The notes under the pieces were generated by a model. That model saw nothing but the letters and a program-made list of their open reading frames with translations. It ran no database searches and was not told the DNA's origin. Both the position numbers and the translations under genes were made by a program. Positions 8,097 to 18,977 of a stretch of 46,147 nt of DNA are shown one piece after another; the first letter of the stretch is position 1; each line of letters opens with the position of its first letter. The stretch comes from Candidatus Deferrimicrobiaceae bacterium (lineage in GTDB: Bacteria > Desulfobacterota > Deferrimicrobia > Deferrimicrobiales > Deferrimicrobiaceae): the NCBI GenBank assembly GCA_035256765.1, contig DATEXR010000271.1, forward strand, positions 1-46,147. Direction: 5' to 3'.

Positions 8097-9359
8097 CTGG
8101 ACACGTTTCACATCAGGGGGGGCAAGCCGCTTTCGGGCACCGTTCGGGTGTCGGGGGCGAAGAACGCCGTCCTTCCGATCATGGCGTCGTCGCTGCTCGC
8201 GGAGGGGCCCGTGGAGATCGGGAACGCCCCCCGCCTTCGGGACATCGACACGTTCGGGGAGCTGCTGAGGCGGATGGGAGCGTCGGTGGAGCGGGGGGAG
8301 GACGGGAAGGGGATTCTCCGGATCGACACCCGTGGGGTACGGAAGCCGGAAGCCCCCTACGAAATGGTCAAGACGATGCGGGCGTCCGTGCTCGTGCTCG
8401 GACCTCTCCTCGCCCGGCACGGGAGAGCGAGGATTTCCCTCCCCGGCGGGTGCGCCATCGGGGCTCGTCCGATCGACCAGCACCTCAAGGGGCTTTCCCT
8501 CCTCGGGGCGGAGACGTCGCTCTCGGAGGGGTATATCGAGGCGAAGGCGAAGAAACTCACTGGGGCCACGGTCTACTTCGATATGAAAACGGTCACCGGG
8601 ACCGAGAACCTGATGATGGCGGCCACGCTGGCCCGGGGGACGACCGTCCTGAAAAATGCCGCCCAGGAACCCGAGGTGGAGAGCTTCGCCCGGGCTCTCC
8701 GCGACATGGGAGCCGACATCGAGGGGGAGGGGACGGACGAGATCGTCGTTCGGGGAGTTCCCTCTCTCTCCGGATTCCGGCACGAGGTGATCCCCGACAG
8801 GATCGAGGCGGCGACGCTGCTCCTGGCGGGGGCGATCACCGGAGGCGACGTGACGGCGGAGGGGGCCGACGCCCGGGCGATGGACGCCGTCCTCGAGAAG
8901 CTTTCCGAGAGCGGCGCCGACGTAATCCCCTTGACGGGAGGGGTGCGGGTGCGAAGGAACGGACCGATCCGCTCGGTCAATATCAAGACCTCTCCCTACC
9001 CCGGCTTCCCGACCGACGTGCAGGCGCAGTTCATGGCCTACCTGTGTCTGGGCGACGGGTTCAGCATCATCCGGGAGACGATCTTCGAGAATCGGTTCAT
9101 GCACGTGGCGGAGTTGCGCCGGATGGGGGCGGAGATCGATATCTCCGGGAACACCGCCGCCGTCAAGGGGGTTGCCCGACTCTCCGGCGCCCCGTGCATG
9201 GCGACCGACCTCCGGGCGTCCGCCTCCCTCGTGCTGGCCGGGCTGGCCGGGACCGGGATCACCGAGATCCTCCGCATCTATCACCTGGACCGGGGGTACG
9301 AGGAGCTCGAAAAAAAACTGTCCTCCCTGGGCGCGGACATCGCCCGGGTGCAGGAGTAG
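8097..9359 (+). CDS. murA: UDP-N-acetylglucosamine 1-carboxyvinyltransferase MurA (start uncertain: CTG 8097 or GTG 8148)
   Basis: Full-length MurA similarity. Codons upstream of GTG 8148 encode LDTFHIRGGKPLSGTVRVSGAKN, which matches the MurA N-terminus. No ATG/GTG/TTG lies in frame between the stop at 8046 and 8148. Confidence 0.85.
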   Translation: MDTFHIRGGKPLSGTVRVSGAKNAVLPIMASSLLAEGPVEIGNAPRLRDIDTFGELLRRMGASVERGEDGKGILRIDTRGVRKPEAPYEMVKTMRASVLVLGPLLARHGRARISLPGGCAIGARPIDQHLKGLSLLGAETSLSEGYIEAKAKKLTGATVYFDMKTVTGTENLMMAATLARGTTVLKNAAQEPEVESFARALRDMGADIEGEGTDEIVVRGVPSLSGFRHEVIPDRIEAATLLLAGAITGGDVTAEGADARAMDAVLEKLSESGADVIPLTGGVRVRRNGPIRSVNIKTSPYPGFPTDVQAQFMAYLCLGDGFSIIRETIFENRFMHVAELRRMGAEIDISGNTAAVKGVARLSGAPCMATDLRASASLVLAGLAGTGITEILRIYHLDRGYEELEKKLSSLGADIARVQE

Positions 9360-9367
9360 GGGGGGCA

Positions 9368-10660
9368 GTGCGCTGGGTGAAGTCGGGGACCGGGGCGTTT
9401 CGTAAGGCGCTGGCAGACGGGGAGCGACGCGGCGAGACCGATTCGGCGAAGGTTGGGGCCGTGGTGGCCGAGGTGCTGGCCCGGGTGCGGAAGGAGGGCG
9501 ATGCCGCGCTGGCCGAGTATACCCGGCGGTTCGACCGGTTCGATCTGCGAAAGCGCGGCGCCGCGGTCTCCCGCCGGGAGATCGACGCGGCGTGGCGGCG
9601 CACCCCGAAAGCGGTCCGCGATTCCCTGACGCTTGCGGCGGCGCGCATCGAGTCGTTCCACCGCCATCAGACGGAGACCGGCTTCACCGAGGAGACGGCG
9701 GGCGCCCTCTGCGGGCAACGCGTGCTGCCGGTCGTCCGCGCCGGCGTCTACGTCCCCGGGGGGAAGGCGGCTTACCCGTCCACCCTGCTCATGAACGCGA
9801 TTCCGGCGAAGGTGGCCGGCGTCCGGGAGGTGTACGCCGCCTGCTCGGCTCCGGGGGGAGGGGTGCCGGACGTGGTTCTGGCGGCCGCGAGGATCGCGGG
9901 CGTCACGGAGGTTTTCCGCATCGGGGGCGCGCAGGCGATCGCGGCGTTCGCCTACGGGACCGGGTCGGTCCCCCGGGTGGACGTGATCGCAGGCCCGGGA
10001 AACGCCTACGTCACGGAAGCGAAGCGACAGGTGTACGGCACGGTAGGGATCGACATGCTGGCCGGACCGAGCGAGCTGGTCGTATGGGCCGACGACACGG
10101 CGAGAGCCCGTTTCGTGGCTGCGGATCTCCTCTCCCAGGCCGAGCACGACGAGGACGCCTTCGTCGCCCTGGTGACCGACTCCCTTCGCCTGGCGGGGAA
10201 GGTGGACACCGAGCTCGCCCGGCAAAGGAAGAAGCTCCCCCGGAAAAAGATCCTGGCCGTATCTCTCTCCCGGGCCGTCGGGTTCCTCGTCAGGGGGCGA
10301 GACGAGGGGGTCGGCGTGATCAACCGGCTGGCGCCGGAGCATCTGTCGCTCATGGTCGAGGATCCGTGGGAGGCGCTCGGGCGGATCCGGAACGCGGGGA
10401 CGGCGTTCGTGGGGCACCACAGCCCCGTCGCGGTGGGGGATTACCTCGCCGGGATCAATCATACGCTGCCCACGGGCGGGGCCGCGCGGTTTTCCTCCCC
10501 CCTGGGCGTCGCCACCTTTCTCAAGAGGATGAACGTGGTATCATATCAATTCCGGGCACTTGCGGGCGATGCGCCGCACGTCGTGCGGCTTGCCGGGAAG
10601 GAAGGGCTGTTCGCCCATGCCCAGGCCGTCCGGGTACGGACCGGGAAAGGGGGCCCATAG
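9368..10660 (+). CDS. hisD: Histidinol dehydrogenase
   Basis: Full-length HisD similarity (GGAQAIAA, PSE.. AEHD, GDY..G.NH.LPT). GTG 9368 lies just after the murA stop; the upstream part of the 736-aa ORF overlaps murA and was trimmed. Confidence 0.92.
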   Translation: MRWVKSGTGAFRKALADGERRGETDSAKVGAVVAEVLARVRKEGDAALAEYTRRFDRFDLRKRGAAVSRREIDAAWRRTPKAVRDSLTLAAARIESFHRHQTETGFTEETAGALCGQRVLPVVRAGVYVPGGKAAYPSTLLMNAIPAKVAGVREVYAACSAPGGGVPDVVLAAARIAGVTEVFRIGGAQAIAAFAYGTGSVPRVDVIAGPGNAYVTEAKRQVYGTVGIDMLAGPSELVVWADDTARARFVAADLLSQAEHDEDAFVALVTDSLRLAGKVDTELARQRKKLPRKKILAVSLSRAVGFLVRGRDEGVGVINRLAPEHLSLMVEDPWEALGRIRNAGTAFVGHHSPVAVGDYLAGINHTLPTGGAARFSSPLGVATFLKRMNVVSYQFRALAGDAPHVVRLAGKEGLFAHAQAVRVRTGKGGP

Positions 10661-10664
10661 AAAA

Positions 10665-11255
10665 ATGGGAAGGGAAGCGCAGGTCGTCCGCACGACGAAA
10701 GAGACCGACGTACGGGTGTCGCTCCGGCTGGAAGGAACCGGGGACGGGAAAATTTCCACCACCGTTCCGTTTTTCGACCACATGCTCACCCTGTTCAGCC
10801 GGCACGGGTTCTTCGACCTGACCATCACGGCGAAAGGGGATACCGACGTCGATTACCACCACGTCGTGGAGGACGTGGGAATCTGCCTCGGGGAGGCGTT
10901 CCGGAAAAGCCTCGGGACGATGGGGGGGATCGCGCGGTACGCCCACGCGAGCATTCCGATGATCGAGGCGCTGGCCCAGGTCACCGTCGACGTCTCCGCT
11001 CGCCCCCACCTGGTGTTCCACTGCCCGCTTCCGGGCGAGAAGGTCGGGTCGTTCGACCTCGAGCTCGTCTCGGAGTTTCTCCGCGCATTCTCCCAGTCCT
11101 CCGGGGCGTGCATCCACGTCAACGTCCCGTACGGGTCGAACGCCCACCATACCGTGGAGGCGATCTTCAAGGGGCTGGGGAGGGCCATGTCGGAGGCGGT
11201 GCGCATCGATCCGCGCGTGAAGGGAGTGCACTCGTCGAAAGGCGTGCTGGGATGA
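10665..11255 (+). CDS. hisB: Imidazoleglycerol-phosphate dehydratase (monofunctional)
   Basis: RTTKETDV, FFDHML, DYHHVVEDVGI and HHTVEA motifs; 196 aa, with no phosphatase domain. Confidence 0.93.
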   Translation: MGREAQVVRTTKETDVRVSLRLEGTGDGKISTTVPFFDHMLTLFSRHGFFDLTITAKGDTDVDYHHVVEDVGICLGEAFRKSLGTMGGIARYAHASIPMIEALAQVTVDVSARPHLVFHCPLPGEKVGSFDLELVSEFLRAFSQSSGACIHVNVPYGSNAHHTVEAIFKGLGRAMSEAVRIDPRVKGVHSSKGVLG

Positions 11256-11941
11256 CGGGAGCGGAGGCCATCGGGGTCGTCGACTACGGCATGGGAAACC
11301 TGCGCAGCGTGAGCAAGGCGCTCGAGTCGCTCGGGTTTCCGACGGTCGTGAGCGGGCGGCCCGGTGAGCTTTCCCGTTGCGCCGGGATCGTCCTGCCCGG
11401 GGTGGGCGCCTTCCGCGACTGCATGAAGAACCTTCGCCGGCAGGGGCTCCTTCCGTTCCTTTCCGACGTTCTCGGCGAGGATCGGCCGTTCCTGGGGATC
11501 TGCCTCGGCCTGCAGGTGCTCTTCACCGAGAGCGAGGAATTTGGACGGCACGAGGGGATCGGGTATTTCCGCGGCAAGGTGGTGCGGTTCCCCGCCGGCC
11601 TTCAGGGGCCGGGACCGAACGGAGGGACCGTTCCGCTCAAGGTGCCGCACATGGGGTGGAACCGGGTCGACCTCACCATGGATCACCCCGTGTTCCGCGG
11701 CATCCCGTCCGGGTCGTATTTCTACTTCGTCCACTCCTATTACGTGGAGCCGGAGGATCCGTCCATCGTCGCCTGCCGGACGCCGTACGGCGTCCTGTTC
11801 GCCGCCGCTGCGGGAAAAGGGAACCGGATGGCGGTCCAGTTCCACCCCGAAAAGAGCCAGGGGGCCGGACTCGCCGTCCTGTCCAACTTCGGCTCGCTCT
11901 GCCGCGGGGCGAAGGTTCCCTCCCGCGGCCCGGGCGGCTGA
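11252..11941 (+). CDS. hisH: Imidazole glycerol phosphate synthase, glutaminase subunit HisH
   Basis: [12 protein letters not shown], the GICLGLQ nucleophile elbow, and FHPEKS. ATGA overlap with hisB. Confidence 0.92.
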   Translation: MTGAEAIGVVDYGMGNLRSVSKALESLGFPTVVSGRPGELSRCAGIVLPGVGAFRDCMKNLRRQGLLPFLSDVLGEDRPFLGICLGLQVLFTESEEFGRHEGIGYFRGKVVRFPAGLQGPGPNGGTVPLKVPHMGWNRVDLTMDHPVFRGIPSGSYFYFVHSYYVEPEDPSIVACRTPYGVLFAAAAGKGNRMAVQFHPEKSQGAGLAVLSNFGSLCRGAKVPSRGPGG

Positions 11942-11954
11942 GCGGGGGGAGGAG

Positions 11955-12686
11955 ATGGCGTTCCAGGTGATTCCCGCGATCGACATCCAGGGGGGGAAGG
12001 CGGTCCGCCTCCGCCAGGGGCGGCAGGACGACTCCACGGTCTTCTCCGACTCCCCGCTCGAGGTGGCGCGGCGGTTCGCGGCCGACGGGGCGACGAGGAT
12101 CCACGTGGTGGACCTGGACGGCGCCTTCACCGGCAGGCCGGTGAATTTCGACATCATCCGCCGCATCGCGAACGCGGTGGAGGTGCCGGTCCAGGCGGGA
12201 GGAGGGGTGCGCAACTACGAGATCGCCGCCCGGTATCTCGGGGCGGGCGTCTCCCGGATCATCCTCGGGACCACGATTGTCCGGAATCCCGAGGAGGTGC
12301 TTCGGATCACGAAGGCGTACCCCGGGATGGTGGCCGCCGGAATCGACGCCAAGGAGGGGTTTGTTGCCATACGGGGCTGGGTGGAGGTCACGGGGGTCAC
12401 GGCCGTCGATCTCGCTCGCCAGATGGAGAAGAGCGGGATCTCCTGCTTCATCTACACGGACATCTCCCGGGACGGCATGCTGACGGGGCCCAACTTCCGG
12501 AGCATCCGCGAGTTCGCCAAAGGGCTTGCGGCCCCCGTCATCGCCTCCGGCGGCGTCAGCGCGATGGGGGATCTTGCGGCGCTCAAGGATATGGAAGCCG
12601 ACGGGGTATGCGGGGTGGTGATCGGTCGTGCGATCTACGACGGCTCCATCTCGCTTGCCGACGCCCTGAAGATGGAAAAGCAGTAA
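11955..12686 (+). CDS. hisA: 1-(5-phosphoribosyl)-5-[(5-phosphoribosylamino)methylideneamino]imidazole-4-carboxamide isomerase HisA
   Basis: [22 protein letters not shown] and SGGVS motifs; 243 aa. Confidence 0.92.
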   Translation: MAFQVIPAIDIQGGKAVRLRQGRQDDSTVFSDSPLEVARRFAADGATRIHVVDLDGAFTGRPVNFDIIRRIANAVEVPVQAGGGVRNYEIAARYLGAGVSRIILGTTIVRNPEEVLRITKAYPGMVAAGIDAKEGFVAIRGWVEVTGVTAVDLARQMEKSGISCFIYTDISRDGMLTGPNFRSIREFAKGLAAPVIASGGVSAMGDLAALKDMEADGVCGVVIGRAIYDGSISLADALKMEKQ

Positions 12687-12696
12687 CCCCTCGAAA

Positions 12697-13560
12697 ATGC
12701 TTGCTAAGCGGATCATACCGTGCCTGGACGTGAAGGACGGCCGCGTGGTGAAGGGCGTCCGGTTCGTCTCCTTGCGGGACGCGGGCGACCCCGTGGAGAT
12801 CGCCCGCAGGTACGACGAGGAGGAGGCCGACGAACTCACTTTTCTCGACATCACCGCATCCCACGAGAAACGCGACATCCTCATGGATGTGGTGCGCCGC
12901 ACCGCCGAGCAGGTGTTCATGCCGCTTACGGTCGGCGGCGGCGTCCGGACGATCGACGACATCCGGAACCTGCTTTCCGCCGGGGCCGACAAGGTTTCGA
13001 TCAACACGGCCGCGGTGGCCGACCCCGAGTTCGTGAAAGGGGCTGCGGAGCGGTTCGGAAGCCAGTGCACGGTGGTGGCGATCGACGCCCGGGCGGTCCC
13101 GGGCCGGCCGGGGGAGTGGGAGGTGTACACCCACGGAGGGCGCACCCCGACGGGGATCGACGCCGTGGAGTGGGCGGCCCGGATGGAGCGATACGGGGCG
13201 GGGGAGGTCCTGCTCACCAGCATGGACCGGGACGGAACGCGCGACGGGTACGACATCCGGTTGACCCGCACCATTGCGGACCGGGTGGGGATTCCGGTGA
13301 TCGCCTCGGGAGGGGTCGGGACGCTCGACCACCTGTACGAGGGGCTCACGGCGGGAGGAGCGGACGCGGTGCTTGCGGCGTCCATCTTCCACTACCGGGA
13401 ATTCACGGTGGCGGAAGCGAAGGAGTACCTGCGGCGGCGGGGCGTTCCGGTTCGCCCCGCGTTCCTGCCGGCCGGCCGGTCCTTCCTTCCCTCGACGGAG
13501 GAGGGCGAAGAGCGGGGAAACAACGATCCGGAACGGGCCGTCGGGAGAAAAAAGCGATGA
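12697..13560 (+). CDS. hisF: Imidazole glycerol phosphate synthase, cyclase subunit HisF
   Basis: [28 protein letters not shown] and ASGGVG motifs, with a C-terminal ~30-aa non-conserved tail. Confidence 0.93.
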   Translation: MLAKRIIPCLDVKDGRVVKGVRFVSLRDAGDPVEIARRYDEEEADELTFLDITASHEKRDILMDVVRRTAEQVFMPLTVGGGVRTIDDIRNLLSAGADKVSINTAAVADPEFVKGAAERFGSQCTVVAIDARAVPGRPGEWEVYTHGGRTPTGIDAVEWAARMERYGAGEVLLTSMDRDGTRDGYDIRLTRTIADRVGIPVIASGGVGTLDHLYEGLTAGGADAVLAASIFHYREFTVAEAKEYLRRRGVPVRPAFLPAGRSFLPSTEEGEERGNNDPERAVGRKKR

Positions 13561-13901
13561 TGGCGGACGAGTTTGTCGCCCTGGTGAAGTTCGACGGGAG
13601 GGGCCTTGTGCCCGTGGTCACCCAGGACGTTTCCGACAACGCGGTGCTGATGGTGGCCTGGGCCAACGGGGATGCGCTTCGCAACACGTTTGCGACCGGG
13701 AGGGCTTCCTACTGGAGCCGCTCCCGGAAATCCCTGTGGGTCAAGGGGGAGACGTCGGGGAACGTCCAGGAAGTGGAGGAGGTGCTCTACGATTGCGACG
13801 CGGACACCGTCCTCTACCGGGTGCGGCAGAGCGGGGCGGCCTGCCACACGGGAGAAAGAACCTGTTTCTATCGGAGCGCCTACCGGCGCGAAGGGGGATG
13901 A
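13557..13901 (+). CDS. hisI: Phosphoribosyl-AMP cyclohydrolase HisI (cyclohydrolase domain only)
   Basis: [23 protein letters not shown] and CDADT..Y.V...[11 protein letters not shown] motifs; 114 aa. ATGA overlap with hisF. Confidence 0.9.
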   Translation: MMADEFVALVKFDGRGLVPVVTQDVSDNAVLMVAWANGDALRNTFATGRASYWSRSRKSLWVKGETSGNVQEVEEVLYDCDADTVLYRVRQSGAACHTGERTCFYRSAYRREGG

Positions 13902-13903
13902 CG

Positions 13904-14251
13904 ATGGCGAACGAATGTGTTTTCTGCAGGATCATCCGCAAGGAGGTGCCGTCGCAGCCGATCCATGAGGACCACGATCTGATCGCCTTCCCGGACATCC
14001 ATCCCGTGGCCCCGGTTCACGTGCTGGTCGTCCCCAAGGAGCACATGGTCAATCTGAACGAGGCGGGAGTCAAGGACGTGACGGTCCTGGGCAAGATGCT
14101 CCGGCTTGCGGCCAAGATCGCCAACGAGATGGGGGTGGCGGAATCCGGATACCGGGTGATCATCAACAACGGGGACGACGGCGGGCAGGTCGTACCCCAT
14201 CTCCACCTGCACCTGATCGGGGGGAAATCCCTCGGGCACAAACTGGGGTGA
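13904..14251 (+). CDS. HIT-family nucleotide hydrolase (HinT-like)
   Basis: CVFCRII N-terminus and histidine triad HLHLHLIGG; 115 aa. Confidence 0.85.
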   Translation: MANECVFCRIIRKEVPSQPIHEDHDLIAFPDIHPVAPVHVLVVPKEHMVNLNEAGVKDVTVLGKMLRLAAKIANEMGVAESGYRVIINNGDDGGQVVPHLHLHLIGGKSLGHKLG

Positions 14252-14358
14252 GCCGGCGGTCTTCCGGCGGCGGGCTGCGTGCGGCCCCCGCGGCGAGGGA
14301 GGGGAAAAGGGAGCCCGGCCGGTGAATCGGACGGGATGCCTTGGAGGGGTGGATTTCC

Positions 14359-14386
14359 TTGACTTACGGGGAAAAATCTGTAAAAT
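14359..14386 (+). promoter_or_regulatory. Candidate sigma70 promoter of the rpsU-dnaG-rpoD operon (TTGACT-16 nt-TAAAAT)
   Basis: -35 TTGACT at 14359-14364 and -10 TAAAAT at 14381-14386, in a locally AT-rich patch about 48 nt upstream of the rpsU ATG. Confidence 0.55.
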
Positions 14387-14433
14387 ACTAAAGTTTACGG
14401 CACCAAGTTGGCGGGGGAAGGGGTGATTGCACT

Positions 14434-14631
14434 ATGCCGGGCGTCCGCGTGAAGGAAGAGGAGCCCTTCGAGAGCGTCCTGAAACGGTTCAAGAAGCAGT
14501 GCGAGAAAGCGGGAATCCTTTCCGAAATCCGCAAGCGGGAGCATTACGAGAAGCCGAGCGTGAAGCGGAAGAAAAAAGCCCTCGCGGCCAGGAAGCGGGC
14601 ATTGAAGAAAATGAAGAAAATGAGCCAGTGA
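14434..14631 (+). CDS. rpsU: 30S ribosomal protein S21
   Basis: [31 protein letters not shown]..; highly basic, 65 aa. Confidence 0.95.
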   Translation: MPGVRVKEEEPFESVLKRFKKQCEKAGILSEIRKREHYEKPSVKRKKKALAARKRALKKMKKMSQ

Positions 14632-14634
14632 CCG

Positions 14635-15081
14635 ATGGGGCTCAAGGAACGGATACAGGCGGACATGCAGAAGGCGGCCAAGGAGAGAAACTCCTTGGCC
14701 CTTTCTGCTTTGCGGATGGCATTGGCCGCGATCAAGAACAAGGAGATCGAGGAGCGGGGGGAGATCGGGGAAGACTCGATCCTCAAGGTGCTCGCCACGA
14801 TGGTGAAGCAACGGAAGGAGTCGATCGACCTCTTCCGGCGGGGGGGCAGGGAGGACCTCGCCGGGAAAGAGGCGGCGGAGATCGTCGTCCTGGAGGCGTA
14901 TTTGCCGAAGGCGCTCTCGGACGCCGAGATCGAAACCCTCGCACGCGAGGCGGTCGGGGCAACCGGGGCGAAGTCCCCGGGGGACATGGGCCGCGTCATG
15001 AAGGAACTGATGCCGAAGGTGGCGGGACGCGCCGACGGAAAGACCGTCAACGAGATCGTTCGGCGCCTGCTTGCCGGGTAG
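14635..15081 (+). CDS. yqeY: GatB/YqeY domain protein
   Basis: LKERIQADMQKAAKERN..LSALRMALAAIKN.EIE and C-terminal GRADGK.V...V pattern. Position after rpsU matches Bacillus. Confidence 0.85.
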   Translation: MGLKERIQADMQKAAKERNSLALSALRMALAAIKNKEIEERGEIGEDSILKVLATMVKQRKESIDLFRRGGREDLAGKEAAEIVVLEAYLPKALSDAEIETLAREAVGATGAKSPGDMGRVMKELMPKVAGRADGKTVNEIVRRLLAG

Positions 15082-15102
15082 CCGGCACGGGAAGAAGGTT
15101 GT

Positions 15103-15134
15103 TCCCTGGCGGTTGCCGCGCCGGGGATTTTTTT
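15103..15134 (+). terminator. Intrinsic terminator/attenuator between yqeY and dnaG
   Basis: Stem CCCTGGCG (15104-15111) pairs with CGCCGGGG (15119-15126): 8 bp including one G-U, with a 7-nt loop, followed by A plus T7 (15128-15134). Confidence 0.55.
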
Positions 15135-15165
15135 CCGACCAGGAAGAGCGAGGGCGGGCCGTACC

Positions 15166-16923
15166 TTGGGAGGTCGTATCTCGGAGAGCACGCTGCGCGA
15201 GATACGGGACAGAACGGACATCGTCGAGGTGGTTTCCGAGACCGTTCGTCTCGCGCGGAGCGGGGCAAGCTTCCGGGGCCTTTGCCCGTTCCACCGGGAG
15301 AAGACCCCCTCTTTCTTCGTCCATCCGGCCAAACAGATCTTTCATTGCTTCGGGTGCGGGGAGGGGGGATCGGCTTTCCATTTTCTCATGAAGGTCCGCA
15401 ACCTGTCGTTTACCGAGGCGGTCGAGCATCTCGGCGAGCGATACGGGGTTCCGATCCGGTACGAGAAGGGGCCGGCTCCGGAGCGTCCGCAGGAGGACCT
15501 CTACCGCATCCTCCAGGCCGCCTCCGAAATCTTCCGCGAACTGCTGAGATCGTCCCCCGCCGGCGAGGGCGCCCGGGAATTCCTCCGGCGGAGGGGGCTC
15601 CTCCCGGAGGCCGAACAGGAGTTCTTCCTCGGATACGGGGGGAGGGGGAAGGACCTCCTCGAGGCGATCGCGCGCGAGGGGATCGATCCGGCCCGGGCGG
15701 AGGCGGCGGGCCTCCTGGTTTCCCGGGAGGGCGGCGGGTACCGGGAACGGTTCCGGGGCAGGGTGATCTTTCCCATTGCGGACGCGAGGGGGCGGATCTG
15801 CGGGTTCGGTGCCCGCGCGATCGACGATTCGGTCCCCAAGTACCTCAACTCCCCGGAGTCCCAGATGTACCGCAAGAGTTCCGTCCTGTACGGACTTCAT
15901 CAGGCGCTTCCGTCGATCCGCAGGGACCGGAAGGTGGTGGTGGTCGAGGGGTATATGGACCTGATCGGGCTGTGGCAAAAAGGGGTGAAAAACGTCGTGG
16001 CGACGTGCGGAACCTCGCTCACCGAGAGCCATGCCCGCGCGCTGAAGCGTATGACGGAGGACGTCATCTTACTCTTTGACGGGGATCTGCCCGGGAAGCG
16101 TTCGGCGGTGCGGTCCGGAGGTCCCCTGTACGCGGCGGGGGTGAGCCCCCTCGTCCTCTTTCCTCCCAAGGGAATGGACCCGGACGACTGGGCAAAGGAA
16201 TCCAGCGGGGAGGAGCTTTCCGACAGGATCGGCCGGGCGATCCCGCTGATGGAGTACATCGAGAGGGCGGCGGCGCGCAAATACGATCTTTCCCAGATTG
16301 CCGGAAAGCTGTCGTACCTCCAGCTGATGGGAAAGTATCTGCCCTGGATTACCGACCCCGCCGAGGAGAGGTTGTATATCCAGCGGGTGGCGAAGGCGGC
16401 CGGGCTGCCCGAAGAAACGGTGATCTCCCGGCTCCATGGGAAAAAGGCCCCTGCCGGGACCGACGCGCCCGGCATCCCGCCCCGGGTCTCCTCCACCCGG
16501 CCGGAGGAAGACCTTCTGCTGGGGTTGCTGTCCCGGGATCCCTCCCTGATCGAGGACATCCGACGGGACGGGGTGGAGGGTCTGCTGGAAGGGGAAGCCG
16601 CGCGCGACGCGGTGGCAAGGCTCGCGGGGTCGGACGACATGCCCGACCTCCTGTCGGTCCTGAACGAGGCGGTCGGGGAGGATGTGCGGAGGGGGCTTTC
16701 GGAGCAGATCTTCCGGGCGGAGATGACGCCCGGGGAAGCGAGGCGGATCTACCCCGAGGTGGTTCTGGGCCTGCAGATCCGGAAGGCGCGACGGGAGCTC
16801 GCCCGTCTCCGGGGCGAGATCGGCTCCTCGCCGGGGGAAACGGCGGAGGCGCTGTTCTCGAAGATGCTGGACGTGAGGAACGAGCTGGAGAAGCTGGAAC
16901 AGCTGAGAAGAACCCGCAGATGA
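15166..16923 (+). CDS. dnaG: DNA primase DnaG
   Basis: N-terminus GGRISESTLREIRDRTDIVEVV matches E. coli MAGRIP...ARTDIVDLI. CHC2 zinc finger CPFHREKTPSF..HCFGCGEGG and Toprim EGYMD..DGD. TTG start. Confidence 0.95.
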   Translation: MGGRISESTLREIRDRTDIVEVVSETVRLARSGASFRGLCPFHREKTPSFFVHPAKQIFHCFGCGEGGSAFHFLMKVRNLSFTEAVEHLGERYGVPIRYEKGPAPERPQEDLYRILQAASEIFRELLRSSPAGEGAREFLRRRGLLPEAEQEFFLGYGGRGKDLLEAIAREGIDPARAEAAGLLVSREGGGYRERFRGRVIFPIADARGRICGFGARAIDDSVPKYLNSPESQMYRKSSVLYGLHQALPSIRRDRKVVVVEGYMDLIGLWQKGVKNVVATCGTSLTESHARALKRMTEDVILLFDGDLPGKRSAVRSGGPLYAAGVSPLVLFPPKGMDPDDWAKESSGEELSDRIGRAIPLMEYIERAAARKYDLSQIAGKLSYLQLMGKYLPWITDPAEERLYIQRVAKAAGLPEETVISRLHGKKAPAGTDAPGIPPRVSSTRPEEDLLLGLLSRDPSLIEDIRRDGVEGLLEGEAARDAVARLAGSDDMPDLLSVLNEAVGEDVRRGLSEQIFRAEMTPGEARRIYPEVVLGLQIRKARRELARLRGEIGSSPGETAEALFSKMLDVRNELEKLEQLRRTRR

Positions 16924-16935
16924 GGGGATGGGGAA

Positions 16936-18702
<1,767 letters not shown>

Positions 18703-18740
18703 GAAGAGGGAGGTCGTCCCCGGAGATGCCGAGAACCGGA

Positions 18741-18770
18741 TTGACAAGGGCCGAGATGCGCGGGGAGAAT
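18741..18770 (+). promoter_or_regulatory. Candidate promoter for the tRNA gene (TTGACA-18 nt-GAGAAT)
   Basis: Perfect -35 at 18741-18746 and a 4/6 -10 at 18765-18770, about 29 nt upstream of the tRNA 5' end. Confidence 0.35.
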
Positions 18771-18798
18771 GATGATTTGGGGTTTCGCAAAGGAATAC

Positions 18799-18875
18799 GG
18801 GCCCATAGCTCAGTTGGTCAGAGCCACCGGCTCATAACCGGTCGGTCCCTGGTTCGAGGCCAGGTGGGCCCACCA
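18799..18875 (+). tRNA. tRNA with CAT anticodon: elongator Met or, more likely, lysidine-dependent tRNA-Ile2; CCA encoded
   Basis: Cloverleaf by hand: acceptor GGGCCCA/TGGGCCC, D arm GCTC-AGTTGGTCA-GAGC, anticodon arm ACCGG-CTCATAA-CCGGT, T arm CCTGG-TTCGAGG-CCAGG, discriminator A, then CCA. G1:C72 excludes an initiator. Confidence 0.9.
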
Positions 18876-18977
18876 GATACTAGCCATGCGGTGTGAACGC
18901 GCATTCTGCCGTGTTCCGGGTTCCTCCCATCCCCCCGCTCCCGGTGCGCATTTCGTTTGCCGTTCCGGGGGGAAAGC

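Noticed and set aside
13440-13560. C-terminal tails on HisF (about 30 aa), HisH (11890-11941) and PgeF (2378-2425) beyond the conserved domains.
   Set aside because: They look like stop-codon drift into former intergenic sequence in a stop-poor genome. No motif or conservation is evident.
18876-18977. tRNA gene as a possible integration hotspot or genomic-island boundary.
   Set aside because: No integrase, no direct repeat of the tRNA 3' end noticed downstream, no GC shift, and the next genes are conserved housekeeping (Nif3 module).
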